Made by a program: the position numbers and the translations under genes
In this document: piece by piece, positions 6,976 to 15,378 of the stretch
How the letters are laid out: each line of letters begins with the position of its first letter
How positions within the stretch are numbered: position 1 is the first letter of the stretch
Assembly (NCBI GenBank): GCA_015523565.1
Contig: WAKA01000094.1
Coordinates: 1 to 17,956 of the forward strand
Length of the DNA: 17,956 nucleotides
Source of the DNA: Candidatus Heimdallarchaeota archaeon
GTDB lineage: Archaea > Asgardarchaeota > Heimdallarchaeia > Heimdallarchaeales > Kariarchaeaceae
Direction: 5' to 3'
Notes under the pieces: model-generated
Seen by the model: only the letters and a program-made list of their open reading frames with translations
Databases searched by the model: none
What the model was told of the DNA's origin: nothing

Positions 6976-7027
6976 TACAGGTCGTTCCGGAATGCCTTGA
7001 ATTCAATTCATTCCAGAATCCGCTGTA
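6976..7027. promoter_or_regulatory. 52-bp imperfect palindrome upstream of the hem operon; candidate operator
   Basis: TACAG-N4-TTCCGGAATG-CC-TTGAA|TTCAA-TT-CATTCCAGAA-N4-CTGTA. All blocks share one axis at 7001/7002, and 19 of 26 positions pair Watson-Crick. Confidence 0.6.
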
Positions 7028-7034
7028 TATTAAC

Positions 7035-7042
7035 TTAATAAA
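7035..7042 (+). promoter_or_regulatory. Putative TATA box of the hem operon (leaderless hemH)
   Basis: TTAATAAA begins 30 nt upstream of the hemH ATG (7065), and there is no SD before hemH. Confidence 0.45.
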
Positions 7043-7064
7043 GTAAAGTATTTTTGACAAATAG

Positions 7065-8066
7065 ATGGGCATCATCGACACAAAGAGAAATGTTATTGTT
7101 CTGTTAAACATGGGTGGACCCTCTACCTTGAAGGATGTACGTCCTTTCTTATACCAATTGTTTGCAGATAGGGATTTGATTGACCTTCCCGTTCCTATGA
7201 AACCATTTCAGAAAATTTTTGCTGGACTCGTCTCATATTTTAGATCAAAAGGGACAAAAAAAATGTATCGGCAAATTGGTGGTGGGAGTCCCATTCTTTC
7301 ACTTACAAAAAAATTTGGAGCGAATCTCCAATCCTCTTTAAGTGAAAAAGGTTTTTATGTCGATGTAAAAGTGGCGATGAGATATACGGAACCTAATGCA
7401 GAAAGTGTCGTAAATAATTTGGATGAAACAGATCATGTGGTTCTATTTCCCCAATATCCCCATTATGCAAAATCCACCTCTGGTTCCAGCATCAAAGACT
7501 TCCTTAGGAATTACAACAATCGTTTTCCTCATCTGAAAGAGCCAACTATCATAAACGAATGGGGGATGGAACCATTCTATGTTAATTGGTGGGTCGATGG
7601 CATTAGGAATGAGGTTCAAAAGCTCAACGAAAATGGCATTAATGAGGACATTCATGTGATTTTTACTTCTCACGGTCTTCCTATGAGCTATATAAAGAAA
7701 GGCGAAACTTATGAACAAAGTATCGACCAATCAAGGGAAAAAATTATAGAAAAAGTGCAAGACTTGGAAGTTGAATTTCACCAAGCATATCAAAGTAGAG
7801 CTGGTCCTTTTCCTTGGTTGCAACCCTACACGGACGAATTGATTGAGGAATTGTCAGGTTCAAATGCAGTTGTCATGGTTCCTTTGGGGTTTGTGACAGA
7901 CCATGTGGAAACCTCTTATGAGATCGACATCCTTTATGGGGATTTGGCTTCAAAAAAAGGAATTGCAAATTTCTCACGGGTTCCTGTGCCAAATGATGAT
8001 ATTGGATATACCAAGGCTGTAGCTGATTTCCTCATTCCTTTCTTGTTTGTTGGTGAAAAGAAATGA
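7065..8066 (+). CDS. hemH: Ferrochelatase, protoporphyrin type (PpfC)
   Basis: LLNMGGP, YRQIGGGSPI, MRY, QYPHYAKSTSGSS, SHGLP (His203), YQSRAGPFPWLQP and GFVTDHVET (Glu282). Confidence 0.96.
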   Translation: MGIIDTKRNVIVLLNMGGPSTLKDVRPFLYQLFADRDLIDLPVPMKPFQKIFAGLVSYFRSKGTKKMYRQIGGGSPILSLTKKFGANLQSSLSEKGFYVDVKVAMRYTEPNAESVVNNLDETDHVVLFPQYPHYAKSTSGSSIKDFLRNYNNRFPHLKEPTIINEWGMEPFYVNWWVDGIRNEVQKLNENGINEDIHVIFTSHGLPMSYIKKGETYEQSIDQSREKIIEKVQDLEVEFHQAYQSRAGPFPWLQPYTDELIEELSGSNAVVMVPLGFVTDHVETSYEIDILYGDLASKKGIANFSRVPVPNDDIGYTKAVADFLIPFLFVGEKK

Positions 8067-9145
8067 CTTTTCATGTATTTACTTGGAGAATAGGGAAAAG
8101 TTCCCAGGACGATGTTGAAAAAAGCATTGAATATTTCGATGTCATGGGCATGGCTCAATTGCGGGAGACTTTTGAATCCGTGTTCTTGTTGGAAACCTGC
8201 CAAAGATTGCTTATTGCGGTTAATGGGAATCCAAACTCATTGGATAGGTTAGTTAAGCAGGGGGGTTTGTCCCCTCCTGAAATTTATATTGGGGGTGAGG
8301 CTCTCATTCACCTTCTAAATGTTGTTTCATCCCTTGATTCCATTGTTGTGGGTGAAGACCAAATATTGCACCAATTCAGGGTGGCATATGAGGTCTCAGA
8401 ACCCTTTATGGATGGTTTCTTGAAAAGAATAATGCAGGGTGTTATCAGGGCGGGAAAAAGGGTAAGGGCACGGACAATGCTTGGTGGTTTGAGAAAATCC
8501 ACCATTTCGGTAGTTGTAGATAACTTTGCAAGGGAATTGAATGATGCCAAAAATATTGCAATTATAGGGAGTGGGAAAATGGCAATGCTCATTACTGAAT
8601 CTTTGCAGGAAATGTCATCTAAAATTTCAATTTACAGTCGGAGCAATTCTCGTGTCGATCTCGAAATTAATGGGATTAAAATCCAGGCTTTTTCATCATT
8701 TTCCAATGCAGACATCGTTTTCATTGCTTCCAGTCAGGGATTAAAACTGGGACTGCATGATCTTGCCATTTTAGACTGGAACTGTATAATTTTTGATTTT
8801 GGGATGCCCCGTCAGACAGAAGAGGAAATAGGGTCTTATTTCAAGGATGTATATACATTGGAAGACCTTATGAAACTTTCAAGAGAAAAAGTGCCTAACG
8901 AAATAATTGACAATATCCATGCAATCTTGGAGAGAGAAAAGGTTCAGATCGAACGAGAAATCAGGAGATTGGAAACATCACATATTTGGCAAGAACTTAG
9001 ATACAGTTTAACATCCATTGCCCATAATGACAAAAATCTGTTTATTGCCAATAATCCAAAAGCAGAGAGGGAATTTCAGAGATTTCTCAAGAAAATTCTC
9101 CATGTGACTCAAAAGAAAATAGAGGAGGTCATTATAACCAAATGA
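8063..9145 (+). CDS. hemA: Glutamyl-tRNA reductase (short, divergent)
   Basis: LETCQR (catalytic Cys46; usual motif STCNR), SLDSIVVGEDQILHQ, NADPH-binding IIGSGKMA and DFGMPR. ATGA overlap with hemH. Confidence 0.92.
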   Translation: MTFHVFTWRIGKSSQDDVEKSIEYFDVMGMAQLRETFESVFLLETCQRLLIAVNGNPNSLDRLVKQGGLSPPEIYIGGEALIHLLNVVSSLDSIVVGEDQILHQFRVAYEVSEPFMDGFLKRIMQGVIRAGKRVRARTMLGGLRKSTISVVVDNFARELNDAKNIAIIGSGKMAMLITESLQEMSSKISIYSRSNSRVDLEINGIKIQAFSSFSNADIVFIASSQGLKLGLHDLAILDWNCIIFDFGMPRQTEEEIGSYFKDVYTLEDLMKLSREKVPNEIIDNIHAILEREKVQIEREIRRLETSHIWQELRYSLTSIAHNDKNLFIANNPKAEREFQRFLKKILHVTQKKIEEVIITK

Positions 9146-10707
9146 TCCGAATTGGAACACGCCGAAGCCGGTTGGCCCTTGCCCAAGCAAAGCAAGTTAA
9201 GGAAAAAATCGAAGCACTTGGTTTTTCCACTGAGATTTGTACATCCATGTCAAAAGGGGATTTGGATCTTGTCTCTCCTCTAAATTCGATACGGGGTTCT
9301 GGGTTATTTACAGGCATTCTTGAAAAGATGCTGTTGGATGGTGAAATAGACATTGCAGTGCATAGTTTAAAGGACATGGCGGTTGAATGTTCTAATCAAC
9401 TCGAAATTCGTGCAATTCTGGCACGTAATGACCCTGAAGACATTCTTGCAATCAGAACCGACAAGGTTGTGAGTTCATCCCCATTAATCCTCCTACCGTA
9501 TACAAGAATTGGAACTGGATCAATACGTCGACAATCCCAAATGAAAGCACTTGATGAAACGACCATAGTTTTGGATATCAGGGGAAACATTGATACTAGG
9601 ATTGGCTTATTAAAGCGTGGACATCTTGATGGCATTATTTTTGCGTCTGCCGTAATCGCCAGAATGGAGATTGAATTGCCAGATAATTTTACATTGGTTA
9701 AGTTGCCGATTCATCAATTCCCGACCGCTCCTGGTCAGGGGGCGATTGCTGTTCAGGTTCGAAAAGGTGAATTTCCTGAATTGATCGAAATTAATGATGA
9801 TATTACTAATGCATGCGTTTCTGCTGAAAGGGAGTTATTTGCCAAATTTCCGGCAGGTTGCAATAATGGTGTTGGGTTGACCATTCGACCAACAAGAACT
9901 GGTTTTATTTTGGACTCTTATTTCTCTTTTCAGGGTCGTCATCGATACAGGATGGCTTCATCATCACTTTGCAAACTAAAAGAGAAATTTCTGTCGTGGA
10001 TTGGTTCGTTTTCTTTCCCCGATTTCCAATTAGACGGATCCGCTATAATCTTCACTGATGAAGATTCGGGTCATAAATATGTTGAAAAATTACAGACATT
10101 TGGGTTAAAAGCTGTTTCAATTCCTGCAATGGAATGGCACATTAACTATGGGTTACTTTCAAACAAGAAACTCCTTTCCGAATGGCAAAGCTCTGATTGG
10201 CTTGTTGTGACAAGCAAACATGCGGTTCCTTTTCTTATGAAACTCAATGCCATCATTCCCCGTACAAAGTTCAGAATTATCGCCAATGGTTATGCAACCG
10301 CGGACACGTTGAGAAAATATGGCTTTCCTGTTCATTTTGTATCAAAATCAGGGATGGCTGAGATAAAGAATTATCTCGAAACTGAAGGGAAGAGGATTTT
10401 ATATCTTTCGGGAAACCATGTGGTGGACAGTCTTGACAAGTTTGGTGACAGGGTCAAAAGGTTTCAGGTTTATCGAACTGAATTAGTTGATATAACCATT
10501 CCTTTTATTCCTGATTATATCATTGTCTTTTCACCTAGGTCTGCAAACCACATTGTCAAAAGTCTCGGTAAAGATGCAGCAAGATGTTGGGTTGCAATTG
10601 GCACAAGAACCGCAAAAACTTTACGAGATTTCGGAATAGAGCCGCTAATTTCCCCTGCACCGACACCAAAGGGTGTCATTGACATAATAAAACGGAGGAA
10701 AATCTAA
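9142..10707 (+). CDS. hemC: Hydroxymethylbilane synthase / uroporphyrinogen-III synthase fusion (HemC-HemD)
   Basis: HemC part: IGTRRSRLALAQ, DIAVHSLKD, GTGSIRRQSQ, IRGNIDTR, APGQGAIA and AER..AGC (cofactor Cys240). From about aa 298 the HemD motifs follow: DWLVVTSKHAV, GYATADTL, VYRT, VFSPRSA and AIGTRTAKTL. Confidence 0.93.
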   Translation: MIRIGTRRSRLALAQAKQVKEKIEALGFSTEICTSMSKGDLDLVSPLNSIRGSGLFTGILEKMLLDGEIDIAVHSLKDMAVECSNQLEIRAILARNDPEDILAIRTDKVVSSSPLILLPYTRIGTGSIRRQSQMKALDETTIVLDIRGNIDTRIGLLKRGHLDGIIFASAVIARMEIELPDNFTLVKLPIHQFPTAPGQGAIAVQVRKGEFPELIEINDDITNACVSAERELFAKFPAGCNNGVGLTIRPTRTGFILDSYFSFQGRHRYRMASSSLCKLKEKFLSWIGSFSFPDFQLDGSAIIFTDEDSGHKYVEKLQTFGLKAVSIPAMEWHINYGLLSNKKLLSEWQSSDWLVVTSKHAVPFLMKLNAIIPRTKFRIIANGYATADTLRKYGFPVHFVSKSGMAEIKNYLETEGKRILYLSGNHVVDSLDKFGDRVKRFQVYRTELVDITIPFIPDYIIVFSPRSANHIVKSLGKDAARCWVAIGTRTAKTLRDFGIEPLISPAPTPKGVIDIIKRRKI

Positions 10708-11712
10708 TTGAAAACTGATATAAACACTTCAAAAAATTTCATATTCAAGAGATTTCATCGCTATAGGAGAAATCAAAAAGTAAGAGATGCTTTTGCAGAG
10801 ATAACACTCTCCAAGGATGATCTAATTTTACCGATTTTTGTCACATCTGGCTCAAATGTATCTTTTGAGATAAAGCAAATGCCAGGAATCTATCAAATGA
10901 GTCCTGACCGAGTTATCGACTATCTAAACGAATTAATCGATTATGGTTTGATGCACATTATTCTTTTTGGAATTCCTGATTCAAAAGATGAAATTGGCAA
11001 GGAATCATATAATGCTTCTGGTCCTGTTCCAACTGCAATAAGGGCCATTAAAGACCAGTTTGGGTCGGATTTGCTTGTATATGCGGATGTTTGCTTATGT
11101 GGCTATACCTCCCATGGGCATTGTGGTATAGTAACTCAAGATGGTTTATTGGACAATGATGCCTCATTGGTACATCATTCCAAGACAGCAGTTGTCTATG
11201 CAAACGCGGGTGCAGATTGGGTTGCCCCTAGCGGTATGTTGGATGGTCGAGTTTATGCAATCAGGACAGCATTGGACGATCATGGTCACCATAATGTCGG
11301 TATTTTAAGCTATTCTGCCAAATTTGCAAGCAATTATTATGGTCCCTTCCGTCAGGCTGTTGAAACAAGTCTTTTGTTTGGTGACAGGAAAACATATCAG
11401 ATTGATTATCGAACAAAACGTCAACCTCTGGGTGAAATCAATGAAGATATACGGCAAGGTGCTGACGCAATTATGGTGAAACCAGCCTTGACCTATCTTG
11501 ATATCATTTCAAAAGCAAAGGAAATGGTGGACGTACCAATCTATGCATACAATGTCAGCGGAGAATATGCTTTAGTGAAATTTGGGGCAAAGAAAGGAAA
11601 CTTTGATGAGAGAAATCTAGTTCTTGAAAATTTGACCGCGATTAAGAGGGCTGGTGCCAATCAAATCCTGACATACCATACTCAGGATATTCTCAAAATG
11701 GGGTGGTTATAG
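10708..11712 (+). CDS. hemB: Porphobilinogen synthase (ALA dehydratase), Zn-dependent type
   Basis: DVCLCGYTSHGHCG Zn motif, APSGMLDG, SYSAKFAS.YYGPFR, MVKP and AYNVSGEY. The TTG start abuts the hemCD stop. Confidence 0.97.
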   Translation: MKTDINTSKNFIFKRFHRYRRNQKVRDAFAEITLSKDDLILPIFVTSGSNVSFEIKQMPGIYQMSPDRVIDYLNELIDYGLMHIILFGIPDSKDEIGKESYNASGPVPTAIRAIKDQFGSDLLVYADVCLCGYTSHGHCGIVTQDGLLDNDASLVHHSKTAVVYANAGADWVAPSGMLDGRVYAIRTALDDHGHHNVGILSYSAKFASNYYGPFRQAVETSLLFGDRKTYQIDYRTKRQPLGEINEDIRQGADAIMVKPALTYLDIISKAKEMVDVPIYAYNVSGEYALVKFGAKKGNFDERNLVLENLTAIKRAGANQILTYHTQDILKMGWL

Positions 11713-12980
11713 TGGATGACTTGCTGACACGCGCGAAACAAGTGATGCCTGGAGGCGTATCATCTCCCGTCAGAAGTCTAAAAGCCGTGAATGGCAGTCC
11801 CCTTATTGTTGTTGCGGCGAAAGGGGCAAAATTGAAAACAATTGATGGGAGATACCTTATTGACTATTGCATGAGCTTTGGACCACTTATTCTAGGTCAT
11901 TCAACTGACGCTATTGTCAATAAGATAATTGATCAAGCTGAGAAAGGAACATCATATGGAACTTTGACGATGATAGAGGTGGAATTGGCTGAAAAAATAG
12001 TTGAATGTCATCCTGCAGTTGACTGGGTTAGATTTGTAAACAGTGGAACAGAAGCGGTAATGTCTGCTCTGCGTCTTGCAAGAGGCAAAACAGGGAGGGA
12101 ATTGATCGTTAAGTTTGACGGCACTTATCACGGTCACGTTGATTCAATGCTTGTCAAAAGTGGAAGTGGATTAGCTACATTGGGGATTGGATCGAGTGCG
12201 GGAATTCCTGATACAATTGCCAAGAAAACACTTGTTCTCCCACTTGGTGACAAAGACGCCCTTATTCATGCATTTGAGGAGTATGGTGACAAAATAGCCG
12301 CAGTTATCATTGAAGGGGTTCCTGCCAACAATGGACTTTTAGTACAATCTCATGATTTTCTGCATTTTATTCAAAGAAAATGTAAACAACATGGCTGTCT
12401 CTTTATCCTTGATGAAGTTATCACTGGTTTCAGGCTTGGTCTTGGAGGTGCCACTGAATATTATGGATTAAAGCCTGATATAGTTACATTAGGAAAAATC
12501 ATTGGTGGTGGACTGCCAATTGGGGCATACGGCGGTCGGAAAGATTTGATGGAATTGATTGCACCTCTCGGAAACGTTTACCAAGCGGGCACTCTTAGTG
12601 GCAATCCTTTGGTCATGGTTGCTGGAAATGCAACATTGGACGTTCTTAGAGAAACCCCCTCAATCTATGGAACATTGCGAAATAGAACTGGTAGGCTTGT
12701 CAATGAGTTAAGCGGAATTTTAATGGATAAAGGTTATCCAATAACCTCTTCTCAGGTTGAATCTATGTTCTGGTTTGTTTTTGACCAACCTGATCGACAA
12801 ATACGTGGCCCTTCGCAAGTTTCAAAAGATGCGATTGCGAATTACGCAAAATTCCATGCCAAATTATTGGAAAATGGAATTTATTTTCCTCCAAGTGCTT
12901 TTGAGGTCGCTTTTCTTTCTTTAGCTCATACCGATGAGGTAATCCTTGAAACTCTTGAAAAAATAAGAAAGGGGTTGTGA
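11712..12980 (+). CDS. hemL: Glutamate-1-semialdehyde 2,1-aminomutase
   Basis: MPGGVSSPVR, FVNSGTEAVMSA, YHGH, DEVITGFR, LGKIIGGGLP (PLP Lys) and QAGTLSGNP. The start is either GTG 11703 or GTG 11712; 11712 is preferred (TAGTG overlap with the hemB stop, GGGGTGG upstream). Confidence 0.97.
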   Translation: MDDLLTRAKQVMPGGVSSPVRSLKAVNGSPLIVVAAKGAKLKTIDGRYLIDYCMSFGPLILGHSTDAIVNKIIDQAEKGTSYGTLTMIEVELAEKIVECHPAVDWVRFVNSGTEAVMSALRLARGKTGRELIVKFDGTYHGHVDSMLVKSGSGLATLGIGSSAGIPDTIAKKTLVLPLGDKDALIHAFEEYGDKIAAVIIEGVPANNGLLVQSHDFLHFIQRKCKQHGCLFILDEVITGFRLGLGGATEYYGLKPDIVTLGKIIGGGLPIGAYGGRKDLMELIAPLGNVYQAGTLSGNPLVMVAGNATLDVLRETPSIYGTLRNRTGRLVNELSGILMDKGYPITSSQVESMFWFVFDQPDRQIRGPSQVSKDAIANYAKFHAKLLENGIYFPPSAFEVAFLSLAHTDEVILETLEKIRKGL

Positions 12981-12981
12981 A

Positions 12982-14004
12982 ATGACATCAAGGGAACTTT
13001 TTATCTCTGTATTCAAAGGAAAAGATATTGAAAGACCTCCGATTTGGTTCATGAGACAGGCAGGGCGATATCTGCCTGAATACATGGCTCTGAGGAAAGG
13101 GAAGACTTTTGAACAGATGGTCATGAATCCTGAACTAGCAGTTGAAATCACATTGCAACCAATCATTCGATTTGATTTAGATGCGGCAATTATTTTCTCC
13201 GACATTCTTATTCCGTTTTACTCTATGAAACGTGGGCTTGAAATCAAATCAGGAATTGGTCCAATTCTCCAATACCCTATTGTACATCCTGAAGAGGTGG
13301 ATGATCTTTATTTACCTATTTCAGGGAAGAATTTCCCTTACCTTATAGAGTCCATAAAGATGGTTCGGGAAAAAATTCCTGACAAATGGCTGATTGGTTT
13401 TGCAGGCTCTCCTTTTACCTTGGCAAGCTATTTGATTGAAGGGAAATCTACCAGAAATGCATTGGCAACAAAAGTTTTTGCCTATAGGTACCCTGATGCA
13501 TTTGCAAAACTTCTCGACAAGCTTGCTTCTATTGTCACTTCACAATTGTTGATACAAATCAATGCAGGTGTGGATATGATCCAAATATTTGATTCTTGGG
13601 CTGGTTTCTTGAGCCCAAGTCAATATAGTGAATGGGTTCTTCCTCCTCTTACCAAGATACTAAAAAAAATTGATGTACCAAAAATAATCTATGCAAGGGG
13701 TAGCTCTCATCTTTTACCTGTTTTAAAAAAATGCAATGCAGATGGATACGGTATCGATGGGACAATTAGCCTTCAAGATGCACGTGCTATCGTTGGGGAT
13801 GGTAAATTGCTTCAAGGGAATCTTGATCCTGCCCTTTTACAAACTTCCCCTTCTTTGGTGAGGGCTGGTCTTACAAAAATTCTTGCACAAGTTCAAAATC
13901 CAAGATATATCTTTAATCTTTCTCAGGGGATTGACAGAAATTCTTCCATTGAATGTGTGACGGAAATGGTAAACGCTGTAAAAGGCTGGAGGTATTCATT
14001 TTGA
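12982..14004 (+). CDS. hemE: Uroporphyrinogen III decarboxylase
   Basis: PIWFMRQAGRYLPEY, AAIIFSDIL, IGFAGSPFTLASY, QIFDSW and QGNLDP. Confidence 0.96.
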   Translation: MTSRELFISVFKGKDIERPPIWFMRQAGRYLPEYMALRKGKTFEQMVMNPELAVEITLQPIIRFDLDAAIIFSDILIPFYSMKRGLEIKSGIGPILQYPIVHPEEVDDLYLPISGKNFPYLIESIKMVREKIPDKWLIGFAGSPFTLASYLIEGKSTRNALATKVFAYRYPDAFAKLLDKLASIVTSQLLIQINAGVDMIQIFDSWAGFLSPSQYSEWVLPPLTKILKKIDVPKIIYARGSSHLLPVLKKCNADGYGIDGTISLQDARAIVGDGKLLQGNLDPALLQTSPSLVRAGLTKILAQVQNPRYIFNLSQGIDRNSSIECVTEMVNAVKGWRYSF

Positions 14005-15368
14005 ATGATATAGTAGAGGTAACTCCTGAATTAATTGAAAAATATGATTTACAGGTACCAAGGTATACCAGCTATCCCACGGTTCCTAATTGGTCAAAGA
14101 AATTAGGGTATTCAGAATATCTTGCAATGTTAAAGGAAACATTTTACAAAAATGATTCTTTAAGCATTTACATTCACATTCCATTTTGTAGCCGACGGTG
14201 TCTTTTCTGTGCATGCAATGTCCTTGTAACACAAAGAAAGGACAGGGTTGACAAATATCTACATTACCTCAAAAAAGAAATGCGGTTTGTTTCCTCTCTT
14301 TTTGAGAAAAGGAAAAAAGTGGTGCAAGTTCATCTCGGTGGTGGCACTCCTACACATCTTACTCCTACACAACTTGAAACCCTTTTCACTGAAGTATGGG
14401 ATGCTTTTGAAATCCAAAAAGGAAGTGAACTTTCAATTGAAGTACATCCATCAGTTACCACATACCATCATGTCGATATCTTAAGGGATTTTGGCTTCAA
14501 CCGTCTATCAATGGGTGTCCAGGACTTTGATCCCATAGTCCAAAAACATTTGAACCGATACCAAACCTTTGAAGAAACTCAAGACCTTGTCAATTATGCA
14601 CGAAATGTCGGTATGGAAAGCATCAATATTGATCTCATTTATGGTCTTCCATACCAAACTTCTCAAGGTTTTCATGATACACTCATCAAGATTGAGGAGA
14701 TAAGACCTGATCGATTGGCAATGTACAGTTATGCACATTTCCCTAACATATTTCGTCATCATAAATTCATTCCACTGACAAAAATTCCACAGGGGAGAAA
14801 TAAACTTCAACTATTTCTTGATGCTAGAAGATACCTGCTTGATATTGGCTATAAGCAGATTGGGTTTGACCATTTCTCATTGAAATCTGATGGGCTTTGG
14901 AAAAGTTATAGGAATAAAACCTTAAGGCGAAATTTCATGGGTTTTACTACCAAAAAGGGAACAGATCTTATTGCCTTTGGATATTCTGGTATCAGCGAAT
15001 TGGAAAATGGTTATGCACAAAACACAAAGGAAATGGGGCAATATGAAAATTTTATCGAAAAAGTAGGGGTTGCTACAATCAAGGGGCACCGTATGTCTAA
15101 TGCGGATCGATTTAGGAAAAAGCTAATAATGGATTTTCTCTGCCTTGGTGAAATAAATGCTCGTCTTCTTGAAAATCATGAGGAAGGTCTGGCTATTCTT
15201 GAGACGAAAAGCAAAACCCTTGCACATTTTGAAACGATAGGTTTCCTGAAAAAGAAGGCTTATGGATGGGAAGCCACAACTTTAGGAACCATATTCTCAC
15301 GTGTCATTGCATCAATATTTGATGCATATTATGATACAAACATGTATCAATTCTCAAAATCAATCTAG
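14001..15368 (+). CDS. hemN: Oxygen-independent coproporphyrinogen III dehydrogenase (CgdH, radical SAM)
   Basis: PRYTSYPT, YIHIPFCSRRCLFCAC, GGGTPT, SMGVQDF, DLIYGLPYQ, DHF, RNFMGF and C-terminal R.IA..FDAY. Likely start TTG 14001 (GGAGGT SD, TTGA overlap with hemE), giving 455 aa. Confidence 0.95.
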   Translation: MNDIVEVTPELIEKYDLQVPRYTSYPTVPNWSKKLGYSEYLAMLKETFYKNDSLSIYIHIPFCSRRCLFCACNVLVTQRKDRVDKYLHYLKKEMRFVSSLFEKRKKVVQVHLGGGTPTHLTPTQLETLFTEVWDAFEIQKGSELSIEVHPSVTTYHHVDILRDFGFNRLSMGVQDFDPIVQKHLNRYQTFEETQDLVNYARNVGMESINIDLIYGLPYQTSQGFHDTLIKIEEIRPDRLAMYSYAHFPNIFRHHKFIPLTKIPQGRNKLQLFLDARRYLLDIGYKQIGFDHFSLKSDGLWKSYRNKTLRRNFMGFTTKKGTDLIAFGYSGISELENGYAQNTKEMGQYENFIEKVGVATIKGHRMSNADRFRKKLIMDFLCLGEINARLLENHEEGLAILETKSKTLAHFETIGFLKKKAYGWEATTLGTIFSRVIASIFDAYYDTNMYQFSKSI

Positions 15369-15378
15369 GTGAAACCTC

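Noticed and set aside
14001-15368. HemW haem chaperone rather than HemN
   Set aside because: The PRYTSYP N-terminal segment and RNFMG motif are present, and the length matches true HemN.
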